64,000 nt of DNA from Felis catus (taxonomy: Eukaryota). The position numbers were made by a program, and so were the translations under genes. The notes below the pieces were generated by a model. It worked only from the letters and a program-made list of their open reading frames with translations, ran no database searches and was not told where the DNA came from. Each line of letters opens with the position of its first letter. Positions within the stretch are counted from its first letter, which is position 1. The stretch spans positions 116,562,001-116,626,000 of the forward strand of contig NC_058373.1 in the NCBI RefSeq assembly GCF_018350175.1, read 5' to 3'. This document shows, one piece after another, positions 11,490 through 21,861 of this stretch.

Positions 11490-11756
11490 AAAAAAGTTTT
11501 TTTTAAATGTTTTATTTATTTTTGGGGCGCCTGGGTGGCGCAGTCGGTTAAGCGCCCGACTTCAGCCAGGTCACGATCTCGCGGTCCGGGAGTTCGAGCC
11601 CCGCGTCGGGCTCTGGGCTGACGGCTCAGAGCCTGGAGCCTGTTTCCGATTCTGTGTCTCCCTCTCTCTCTGCCCCTCCCCCGTTCATGCTCTGTCTCTC
11701 TCTGTCCCAAAAATAAATGAACGTTGAAAAAAAAAATAATAAATGTTTTATTTATT

Positions 11757-11795
<39 letters not shown>

Positions 11796-11959
11796 AAGTA
11801 GGGGAGGGGCAGAGAGAGAGGGTGACACAGAATCTGAAGCAGGCTCCAGGCTCTGAGCTGTCAGCACAGAGCTTGATGTGGGGCTCAAACTTGTGAACCG
11901 TAAGACATGACCCAAGCCGAAGTTGGATGCTTAACCGACTGAACCACCCAGGTGACACC
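11490..11959 (-). mobile_element. CAN-SINE (host of the 11524-11739 insertion)
   Basis: Tail starts ~11490, body 11760-11959 with (GA)n, ending ...ccacccaggtgacacc. Confidence 0.9.
11524..11739 (+). mobile_element. Very young CAN-SINE inserted in the tail of another SINE
   Basis: Intact CpGs, ggcgcagtcgg...cagccaggtcacgatctcgcgg variant; TSD taaatgttttatttattttt at 11504-11523 and 11740-11759. Confidence 0.96.
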
Positions 11960-12051
11960 CAGATTACTTTTTTTTAATTTTAAGTAAGCTCCATACCTAA
12001 TGTGGAGCTTGACTCACACATGCTCTACCGACTGAGGCAGCCAGGCACCCC
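11960..12051 (-). mobile_element. Short-type carnivore SINE, outermost element of the nest
   Basis: ttttaagtaagctccatacctaatgtggagcttga...atgctctaccgactgaggcagccaggcacccc; outer TSD ctccca(g/a)tgataatt at 11464-11478 and 12053-12067. Confidence 0.8.
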
Positions 12052-12114
12052 ACTCCCAATGATAATTTTATCGAATTTTTGGCCAAGCTGTCATTTAACG
12101 TTTACAGTATTATT

Positions 12115-12343
12115 TAAAAAAAAAAATTTTTTTTTCTAATGTTTATTTAGTTTTGAGGGAGAGAAAGAGACAGAGCATGAGCGGGGGAGGGGCAGAGAGA
12201 GAGGGAGACACAGAATCCGAAACAGGCTCCAGGCTCTGAGCTGTCAGCACAGAGCCCGACGTGGGGCTCGAATTCACAAACCAAAGAGATCATGACCTGA
12301 GCCGAAGTCGGACGCTTAACCGACTGAGCCACCCAGGCGCCCC
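12115..12343 (-). mobile_element. CAN-SINE (felid SINEC)
   Basis: Full antisense body; TSD aac(g/a)tttac(a/g)gtattatt. Confidence 0.95.
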
Positions 12344-12884
12344 AACATTTACGGTATTATTATTTGAATATTGGTGACCAGGGCCACAGACTATACTCCA
12401 TGATTCTTCTTTTTTCTTTCAGAGATGGTAGTTACTTTGTTTTTGATTGGCTTAGCTTTCTGTTGGTCAATAATTTTCTTCTAAACATTCCGATAGAACT
12501 ATAAGGACTCAAATGGTAAAACATATTGGGGCATCCATCAGTTCCAGTTTTTCTTGGCGTTGTCTACCTCAGTTCCATGTTCTGTTGCTGAATGGCTTGC
12601 TGTCACACCTCCACAAAGCTGCCATTTGGGGACTTCTCTTTATCACCCTGTGGGGGGGGGGGTGGTCCATAGGTTGTTTCTTCTTCTATTTTGTGTTGTC
12701 ATCTTTGTTGATTCCCTGATTTTGGTGGTGGTGGTGGTGGTGTGTGTATACACATACCCATATGCCCAAGAGTAGAATTTTAAAAAAAGTTTATTTTCTA
12801 ATTGTTTGCTGCGAATATGTGAGAAAATACTCGACTGTTTTTTCAACTTTGTATCCTGCAGTGTTGCTAAATTTGTTACTTGTA

Positions 12885-13119
12885 ATTTTTTTTTATGTTT
12901 ACTTATTTTTGAGAGAGAGAGCGTGCGTGGGAACAGGGAAGGGGCAGAGAGAGAGGGAGACACAGAATCTGAAGCAGCCTTCAGGCTCTGAGCTGTCAGC
13001 ACAGAGCCCGATGTGAACTCGTGGACGGTGAGATCATGACCTGAAGCCTCGTGGACGGTGAGATCATGACCTGAAGCCAAAGTCAGGACGCTTAACCAAC
13101 TGAGCCACCCGGGCACCCC
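12885..13119 (-). mobile_element. CAN-SINE with internal 30-bp tandem duplication, inserted in L1
   Basis: Antisense body; ctcgtggacggtgagatcatgacctgaagc twice (13018-13077); short TSD tgtaat. Confidence 0.93.
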
Positions 13120-13365
13120 TGTAATAGTTGCTTCGTACATTTGCTGGAACTTTGCACACGAACCATCACATGATTTGCAGATAAGAAGTTTTACTTCTTC
13201 CTTTTAGATCTTTATGCCTTTTATTTCTTTTTCTTGCCTTCCTGAATGGCTAGGACCTCCTGTTGCCTAAAATGTGACAAGGACACACATTCTGCCTGTT
13301 CTTCAGCTCGGGGAAAAAACAAGTCAGTTTTTCACTTTTGAGTGTGATGTTGTTTTGGGGTGTTT

Positions 13366-13436
13366 TTCTTTTTTCTTTCTCTTTCTCTTTTTCTTTTTCT
13401 TTTTCTTTCTCTTTTTCTTTTTCTTTTTCTTTTTTT
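13366..13436. repeat. Pyrimidine-rich (TTTTTC/TTTC)n low-complexity tract
   Basis: Directly visible. Confidence 0.9.
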
Positions 13437-14989
13437 GCAGTTCATCAGTTTGAGAAACTTCTCTAACTCTTCCTAGTTTGTGGGAGTTTTATCATGAATG
13501 GCTGTTGGATTTTGTCAAACACCTTTTCTGTATCTGATCTGATCCTATATTTTTCTCCTTTAGTCTGTTACATGGATTGATTTTCAAATGTTAACCAATT
13601 TTTGGGAGTAGACTGTACTTGCTCATAATGTACCTTTTTAATATATTATTAGATTTGATTTGCTCAAGTTTTGTTAAAGGTATTTGTGTCTATATTCATG
13701 AGGGATACAGCTCTGTAATTTTTATTTTTTGTAATGTCTTTGTCGGGTTTTAGTATTAGCATTCTGCTAACCTTACAAGGTGAGTTGGGCAATGATCTTT
13801 CCTCTGTTTTCTGAAAAAGTTAAATTTCCTTTTTGAATGTTTGATGGAATCCGCCAGTGAAATCATCTGGAGCTGTTCTTTTGCTGCTTTGGAATATTTT
13901 TGACAACAGATTTACTATCTTTAAAAGGTAAAGGGCTAATTAGATCATCTGATTCTTCCTGTGCCAATTTTGATAGATTCTGTTTTTCTAGAAATTTATT
14001 TGCTTTATGTAAGTTGTGTCAAGTATTCTCTTATTATCCTCTTAAATGTTGACAAGATCTCTGGTGGTATATGTTTTTTCATTTCTGGTATTGGTGATTT
14101 GTGTTTTGTCTCTCTTTATTTTTGATCTAACTAGAAGTCTGTCAGTTTTGACGGTAATTTTAAAGACCTATATTTCGGTTTTGCTAATTTTGTCCGTTGT
14201 CTGTATGTTTTCTACTTCATTGACTCTGGTCTTTATTATTTTCTTCCTAATATGTTGGGTTTAGTTTGCTCTGCTTTTTATAATTTCTTAAGATAGAATG
14301 TTAGGGTCATGGTGATAGATCCTTTTCTATTTTCTTGAATTAAGCATTAAAGTTTTAAGTTTCCCTTTAAGTACTATTTTAGCTGCATCCCACAAATTTT
14401 GATATGTTTTACTTTTGTTGCTATTTGGTTCAAAATATTTCCTAATTTACTTTTTTGGTTTTATCTTTGATCCATGAATTATTTACAAGTGCGTGGTTTG
14501 ATGTTCATACATTTGGAGTTTTCCTAGGTATCTTATTATTACTGATCTTCAGTTTAATTCTGTGTTGTCAGAGAATATGCTTTGTGTGATTACAATCTTT
14601 TTATGTTTATTGAGACTATATGGTCTTTCTTGGTAATGTGCCACGTGCATTTGAAAGGAATGTTCTTCAGTTTTAGATTTTCTGTGAATGTCAGGTCAAG
14701 GTGGTTGATAGTGTTGTTTATATCTTCTATGTCTTTCCTGATTTTGTTTTTTTTGTTTTTTTTTTTTTGTCTAATTCTTTCAATTGCTGAAATGGAGTGT
14801 GAACATCTGTTACTGTAATCATATCATTGTCTTTTCTTTCCTTCATTCTATTTTTGCTTCTACTTTGAGATGCATATACATTTATAATTGTTATGTCTTC
14901 ATGATAAATTGTTCCTATTATAATTATAATGTTCTTTTTTCTCTGGTGATGGTCTTTGTCTTAAAAGTTGATTACAGACTCAGTGTGCA

Positions 14990-15620
14990 TGGTAGGGCTA
15001 GTGTCTGGTATTCTCCTCTGGATGATTAGCTTGGGCCCTGCCATTTCAATGACAGTCCCCAGGTGCCAGTTTCTAGTGATCTTTCATTCAGGTTGGTCAC
15101 TTTCTCCTGAAGAGTGTTCCAGCCTGCTGGCTGTCTATTGGAGCTTGACACCTCATGTTTTCAGTGCAGGGAGTCATTCCTACCCTCACTTATGCCTGGC
15201 CAGATCTTCTCATTAGTTGCATGCAGATTAAACCCCATTTTCATCCTTATTAGTAAGTTGCTCAGTTGTGGGATTAGGGAAATTTCCTTGATGCAGACCC
15301 TTAAACCATACCAATTCCTTTTGTTTTCAGCCTCACCCCTTATAGGATCTCAGTTTCTTAGCCCTTCTGGAATTCTGCGTCATCAACAGACCTTTTTTTT
15401 TTTTAGTTGAATATTCTTCTTGGTGGCCTCTGCACTCCTCTGTCTTTAGCATTTAGATTTCAGCTTTGTCCAGTTTGCTGAATCATTTTCCACTTACACA
15501 TTGGTTTCTCATCTTTTGGAATTTTGTAGACATCTTTTATATGCTGTTGTCTCTTTTATTTTTCTTCCATTTATTGTCATTTCTGGAAGGAATGGAAGCA
15601 AGCATATATTCAGTCATCTC
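14990..15620 (-). mobile_element. Ancient L1M/HAL1-like 5' region
   Basis: ttcagcctcaccc, tagatttcagcttt, aattttgtagacatct and gcatatattcagtcatc resemble the antisense HAL1/L1ME 5' end. Confidence 0.4.
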
Positions 15621-15621
15621 C

Positions 15622-15843
15622 TTTTTTTTTTAACAATTAAAAAAAATGTCTATTTGAGAGAGAGGGAGAGCATGCATGAGCGTATGCATGGGGGAGTGAC
15701 AGAGAGAAGGGGAGAGAGAGAATCCCAAGCAGGCTCTGCACGGTCGTTGTGGAGCCTGATGCAGGGATTGATCTCTGTGAGATCATGATGTGAGCCAAAA
15801 TCAAGGGTCGGATACTTAACTGACTGAGCCAGCCAGGTGCCCC
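15622..15843 (-). mobile_element. CAN-SINE (older subfamily)
   Basis: gagaatcccaagcaggctctgca...aaatcaagggtcggatacttaactgactgagccagccaggtgcccc. Confidence 0.92.
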
Positions 15844-18411
15844 TTAGTCTCTACTTTTGTTTATCTACTTTCTAGTTTATTTACATGAGACTTTTTAATT
15901 GATGTATGTTATTGTTAAAACTGATCTGCAGTATGCAAAACGCTAATTTAGTGTCCTTTCTTGCCATGTGTGGAAAAAAAGAAAGTGTGTTTGTGTGTGG
16001 GGGTGTCCATTATATTTCAGTGATGTGAAAACTAACGTATTTCTTGCTGTGGATTTCATTCACATTAGAAAGTGTTTGTGGTGTTCTACTTTCTTTGTGT
16101 TTGGTTTGGTAGACATTGTTTTCCTTCAAGCGCCTTCATTTTGAAAATGAACACATTATGCCTGTCGTATAAAATAGGAGATTCCTTGACCTAGAATTCA
16201 AAAGTCATTGAGTTGCTGTTTTAATACGGGTAAGTGGTTTAAATACACTGCCAGTTTCTTCACCTATAAATGAGAAATATAGACTTAACAGGCTTGTTAA
16301 GGGTATCTTACATGTAAAATCAAAGACAGGAAAGTCTTTAAAAAATTACACAGTGGGCCATCTGTGTAAATTGGTGTATTGAGTAATTAATGTGTTCTTG
16401 GACAGTCAGGGATTAAACTATTTGTATTTATGCTCTTTGGGAATTGAATGGTTCTTGCAAATAACTTTTAGTATTACATTCTCCACGGTGGAAAACTTGT
16501 CCTATGCTTTGCCAAAATAATGCTTATTTCATGACACTTTCACAGCCTGGGTCCAGTCCAATGTGAAAGTAGAATAGACAACTCCCTAAAAGCTGTTATC
16601 GCTGAATGTTGTTATTTAAAAGATCTTCAAGAATTTACCTCTAAGTTGCCCCATGTTCAACCTGGTATTTTGGGATGCTTTCTAAAGACACCTGTTAAGT
16701 GCTGGTATTATCACTGAGGAAGAAATTCTATGTTGAGATAATCGTCTGCCTCTGGCATTCCAGCTCATTGTAATTTACCTAGAGAATGGGACCTTAAGGG
16801 AATAGGTCCATTGAGTTTTTTAGAAGGGAGGGAAGAACAAATCTAAAATCTAGAGCAGTGTCAGGGATAGGAGGCCTTGATAGAGCGGCATAGCTGTTAG
16901 CCTTGGGAAGCAAGGCCGTGATCTCAAGTGGAATATGGATAATATGGATGCTTTACAGTGCTTTTAGATCCAGCCATGTCTGAGCTCTTAATCACCATGA
17001 TAACTTTCATGGTTATGGTCGTATTTGAGAATAAGGTCCATGGCTCTTGAAGACCAAAGATCTAACTACTCGTGGCTTTAGCAACATTTAAATGCTGTTC
17101 ACATAAGCCTCTTAAAGCATGTTTCAGATGTGAGAAAAAATGGAAGTTTTCCCACTTTTAATCGGGAGAGCAAGAAAAAAAAAGAATGTTAATACCTAGC
17201 CATTATGATTACACGGTTGATATTTGGACAAAGTGTAAATTATAGCATTCATTTGTGTGTCACTTACTTCATGAGTTTGGAATCCTCCCCTCCCCCTCTG
17301 CTCTTGTTTAGTGTATTTAGAAGCACCTAAACTATGGAGGAAATGGCATATTTATGGTGATTTTTGTCAATTTGGGGATAATGGTGATCCATACACCAGA
17401 TATGGTGTGTTTGTTTTTTTTTTTTTTTTTAATAAAAGAGTCCTGTAGCTATGAACTTTTACATTTGTTGACATGAGGTGTAAACAGCTTCAATGCTTGA
17501 AAAATGAGGATATTGGTTTAAGCAGCTGTTCTAGTGCATTTGCTCATGATCTTTTTGGTCCTAGAAATATTTTAAAAAATCTCAATTATAAGGTGGCATT
17601 ATTATTGAATTGAACAGTCCTGTTTTGCTACTGCCTTGGCAGCTGCAGTGTGATGATTTTGTGGACTTCTCGTCTACTTTGTGTGTGCTGGTCAAGTTGC
17701 ACGTTCTTGGTGTCCTCGTCTCTGAATGTGTTTCACATTCTATTTGCCTGATTCTTTCATTTTGAATCCATGAGATTCAGTGGGATACTATGGAAAACAA
17801 TTGCATATATGTTTTTTAAAGACCGGGAAGTACCACTTGAGCTCTCTTTTATTCTGTTCTCTCTTCTTTTTTTGTTTTGTTAAACCTTATTTTTTAGGGC
17901 TCTTCTTTTAGAAAAATCACCAATACGGCATAGTAAATGAAGGCTGTCTTTGAATTGCTTGAATGTCAAAACATTTTTATTGTAAGAGGAAGCCAATCCT
18001 ACTTAAAAATTTTCTTGGCTAATTAAAGTTTAGGATTTTAATGAAGTTGTACTTAGCAATAATTATGTTTAGAGTTAGGTGAGTTTTGGAGGAAGAGTGG
18101 TGATTCTGGTTTTCCACTGTACTTTCACTGGGGACCAGGACACCAAAGGTAAGAGTCCTGTGTACTTTGGTATTGACACTGTAATTGTGTAAGCCAAGTG
18201 TTCTGGGTGGTTCCAGGCTAGCCTTCCTTTACATGGGTGGTAGAAAGTGGTAAAACCAGACAGAAGGCTTCAGAACCTGGGTAAGCAATGAAAACGGCAT
18301 TGCTGTGGAAACTTTGTCCCACCTTTTGTAACTATGGAACAGAAAAGCAACAATAGCCTAAACAAATTTACATTAGAACACGTTCAGAGGATGTAGAAAG
18401 GGGAGAGATTG

Positions 18412-18648
18412 TTTTTTTTTTTTTTTTTTTTTAAATTTTTTTTTTCAACATTTATTTATTTTTGGGACAGAGAGAGACAGAGCATGAACGGGGGAGGGGC
18501 AGAGAGAGAGGGAGACACAGAATCGGAAACAGGCTCCAGGCTCTGAGCCATCAGCCCAGAGCCCGACGCGGGGCTCGAACTCACGGACCGCGAGATCGTG
18601 ACCTGGCTGAAGTCGGCCGCTTAACCGACTGCGCCACCCAGGCGCCCC
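18412..18648 (-). mobile_element. Very young CAN-SINE
   Basis: Intact CpGs, long T tail; perfect TSD gagagattgtttt at 18403-18415 and 18649-18661. Confidence 0.96.
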
Positions 18649-18884
18649 GAGAGATTGTTTTACCCAGCAGTTTTTACTGTTTGTACTCAGTTTTGTCAGT
18701 TGTCAGCCACTTTAAGAACATCTTACTATTGACTTTTCTTAGGATTCACTTACAAAGGAGCCATGTAAAATTGCACCGAGTTTCTCTCTGCATAAGGGTT
18801 TTTATTAGGAAGAATAGTTTGGTAGATGCTACGGCAATTTTAAAAGCACTAGTCTGTTCTTGACTTAATTAAAGGGGAGAGTAT

Positions 18885-19180
18885 TTTAATTTGTTCAGCA
18901 GCAAACACTGAGTGCCCGTATGTGAAAAGGGCTGTCGGTTCTCTGGGGAAGACTGAGATTGGCAAGTTGTAGCCCCTGCCCTGAAAGAGCTCTAGGCCTG
19001 TTGGGAAATCCGACGCGTGCGTAGCGATACTAGAGTGAAGAGAGCTCCAAGAGGGGCCCGCAGACTGGGGGTGCAGAGGAGGGAGAGAGACACTCATTTC
19101 CCTAATGGGTGAGGTGAGCAGGCTCAGTGAAGCTTCGTGTAGGTGGTGGTATTTAAGCAATGTCTTGCTGGGTGGACATA
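18885..19180 (-). mobile_element. L2 3' fragment
   Basis: ttgttcagcagcaaacactgagtgcc...cccctgccctgaaagagct...gaagcttc...ggtggtatttaagc matches the antisense L2 end. Confidence 0.7.
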
Positions 19181-19274
19181 GAAAGTTCTAAATGTCGAGG
19201 CATGGGTAGGTGATGGGGACAAGAACTTCAGATTTGCTATTATGTCTAGCTTGGAAAAGTAAATAATAATAGTT

Positions 19275-19510
19275 GTAATAATACTAATACAAGCATTTGC
19301 TGAATGCCTAATTTGTGATAATTATTTGTTTCAATTCATTTTCTCATAACAACGTAAGAGCCCTTTGAGGTAGGCACTACTGTCACCCCCATTTTACAGA
19401 TAAAGAAGTTGAGGTATAGATGGATAGGTTAAGAAACTTGTGTAAGGCTACGCAGTTAGTAGAATTTGAGCTAGTTTCAGAGAGCTCACCCTTGCTGGCT
19501 CTGTTGTACT
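19275..19510 (-). mobile_element. MIR
   Basis: tgaggtaggcactactgtcacccccattttacagataaagaagttgagg...ggttaagaaacttgtgtaagg (MIR core). Confidence 0.8.
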
Positions 19511-19649
19511 ATGGAAAATATAGCAACAGTGGCTTGGTGTCTGTTATGTAGAGCCTCAAATGCCCACATGAATAATTTAATATATTGGAAGACATTTTTT
19601 TTTTAGTGGTTCTGTACAAGAGTTGTAAACATACTCTCTTACCTCTTTG

Positions 19650-19980
19650 AATGTGCCATGCTTTACTGCTTTTGAAATGCCTTTCCCGTGCTACCCTGTC
19701 AGCATCTACTCAGTTTTCAGTGTTTGCTTCTATATCACCTTTCTGTGAGGCTTTCCTCCCTCACCGAGGGAGAAGAACCCTCGTGGAGGCTCCCGTGGCT
19801 CTTCGGCCCCCACACCTTTAATACCGTGTTCATTAGGTGGCAGGATGGTTGTTGACTTTGTTTTTTTCTCACCTAGACTGTGAATTATGTGAGTATTGGG
19901 AGTGTGGGTCCTTTTTGTGTCCCTGGCGTTAGGTTCATCATTGTAGCCGAATAAAGCTCAGATAAATCACAGCTGATTGA
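19650..19980 (+). mobile_element. L2 3' fragment
   Basis: gaaatgcctttccc...tcacctttctgtgaggctttcc...ctagactgtgaatt...gctcagataaat. Confidence 0.6.
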
Positions 19981-21323
19981 AAGGGAGGGTGATAAATTCT
20001 CAGGCATCATACTGACTTTCTAAATTGCTTCCCTTCTGAGTTACAGGTGTTTGAATACCTAGAGAAGAGATAAATAGATGATACAATTTTTGGTTGACTG
20101 GGTTCCTCTGAGAAAGAAGGACAGAGATTATTCTGTATTTGGGGTTGCTGGGAACAATTTCTGGGAGGGCCAGGCTCTAGGCTGGGCCCTCACGGAGGTG
20201 TAATGTTGAAGTTGGCAGAGGGGACAGGGCACGCCGGTTGGGAGAACCGCGTGAGCAGAGGACAGAGATGGGGTCAGTTATGAGATAACACTACCTGCCC
20301 TGACACCCGAGCCTCTCAGCTTCCTGCCACACCCCCTAGAGCATTTTAGAATGCAGAGAATCTCTTGAGAGCCCCGATTTTCCTTATAATCTGCCAGAAA
20401 GATGGATGGGCCGGCAAAACATTTGCCATGTTGTGGTTTGAATTTAAGGTAAGTTCCTAACACACGTGGAATATGAAATTCAGGTGTGCACGAAGCCTTT
20501 TTGGTAGGAAGAGTGCTGTAGAAAAACAGGCCCATTTGGTCTAAATTAAACTCACCCTCAAGGAATTCCTTAAAATCTTAAAACAAGTCACCTTACGTTT
20601 AGCTGGCATATGGTCAGCCCGACTCAAGTTTCCTTTGACCGTCTAAGACCATTAGGAACGTTGAGACTGTGGCCATGACTTGTGCTGTTGAATTCAGCTT
20701 CTTGCCCTTTCTCTGGAAGCATTCTGGCTGTGATGCGGGGACTGAGGTATTCGGTATTTAGGAGATATTTGGGAGAGGCGTGGTTAATCGGACCCATGGA
20801 GAGGAACTCCTTGAAGAACTCTCATAATAAATGAGAGTGTTAGAATGCAGACAGGGTGTCTTTGTTAAGAAACTTCTTCCTACAATTGAAAACCTTTTAA
20901 AAGTGTTTTTGAGGCTCAAGCCAAAGTATTGCAAATGATGCCATGAAAGTACCCATGCTCCCAAATTAAAAGCTTTCTCTCTCACTAAGTTCGGATTAAT
21001 AGTGGCTGTGTTTTTAAGAGTGCGTGCCTAACAGGGGAGGGACAGTCTTTCCCAAGATGGTCAAGGTCTTAGCTCACCATTTTACTGCTTGATTGTTCTG
21101 GGACCGTGGGCCCTACCATGGGTAGAAGGAAAGGCTAGAGGGAAGAAGGTTTGTCCCTTGTGTGTGGCCCATCCATCCTAGTGTCCTCTTTACACACAGT
21201 TGCTGGATTTAGTTTCCCTTTTCTGTAGATTACTGAAGATCTTAGGGTTGTAGGTGTTTAAACATAAGCTTCATGAGGTTAGGAACTTGGTTTTGTTCCC
21301 TAAAATCTCCCCAGGGTCTAGAA

Positions 21324-21861
21324 TAGCATTGTTAAATAGAAATTCAATGTACGCCTCTCTGTATTTAAAAATTTCTGAACTTCTAGGGGCGCCTGGGTGG
21401 CTTAGGTTGGTTAAATGTCCAACTCTTGATTTAGGCACAGGTGGTGATCTCTCGTCTGTGGGAAAGAGCCCCGCATTGGGCTCTGCACTGACTGCACGGA
21501 GCCTACTTGGGGTCCTCTGTCTCCTGCTCTCTCTCTGACTCTCCCCCCTCCCTCTCCCTCTCTCTTTCAAAATAAATAAATAAAACTTAAAAAAAAAATT
21601 GAACTTCTAGTTGCCATGTGAAAGTAAAGCACAAAGAGAAGAAATTAATTTGAATAATACATATGTTTAATCTAATATCCAAAACATTATCTTCTTAACA
21701 CGTAATTAGTATAAAAAATTACCGAGACATTTTACTTTCTTTTGTCCGTACCGAGTCTTCAAAATCCAGTGTGTATTTTATGCCTCAATTTGGACTAGGG
21801 CCATTTTGAATGCTTAATATAAGCTACATGTTCCTCCTGCTTACGGTATTGGACAGGACAG
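21324..21861 (+). mobile_element. MER33 (hAT-Charlie MITE), containing a SINE
   Basis: Matches recalled MER33 consensus (gaaattaattt, tatccaaaacattatc, gagtcttcaaaatccagtgtgtatttta, ggtattggacag); 8-bp hAT TSD gtctagaa 21316-21323 and gtctggaa 21862-21869. Confidence 0.88.
21386..21599 (+). mobile_element. CAN-SINE inserted in MER33
   Basis: ggggcgcctgggtggc head, A tail; TSD tgaacttcta at 21376-21385 and 21600-21609. Confidence 0.93.

Larger units (their letters stand above)
11185..12650 (-). mobile_element. HAL1-like / ancient L1M 3' region, interrupted by four SINEs
   Basis: ttcttctggcatttactgccatat, aaacattatcttttgactatttcc, gaagataaggattaaac, tttacagtattat and gccacagactatactccatgatt resemble the recalled antisense HAL1 3' UTR. 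Confidence 0.5.
12785..14970 (-). mobile_element. Old L1M ORF2 (reverse transcriptase/endonuclease region) relic, non-coding
   Basis: Antisense L1 ORF2 motifs: ttgtatcctgc, ggctaggacctcc, ttttatcatgaatgg..gttggattttgtcaaa, tatattcatgagggata, ccagtgaaatcatctgg, ttagctgcatcccacaaattttga; many stops and indels. Confidence 0.88.

Noticed and set aside
12643..13140. 165-aa minus-strand ORF
   Set aside because: Chimera of SINE translation, a short L1 ORF2 relic and a (GGT)n repeat
17650..17725. Box C (GTGATGA) to box D (CTGA) spacing of 76 nt, snoRNA-like
   Set aside because: Terminal stem weak (G-U dependent), no clear C'/D' boxes, no rRNA/snRNA guide I can recognise; snoscan/Rfam cmscan would settle it
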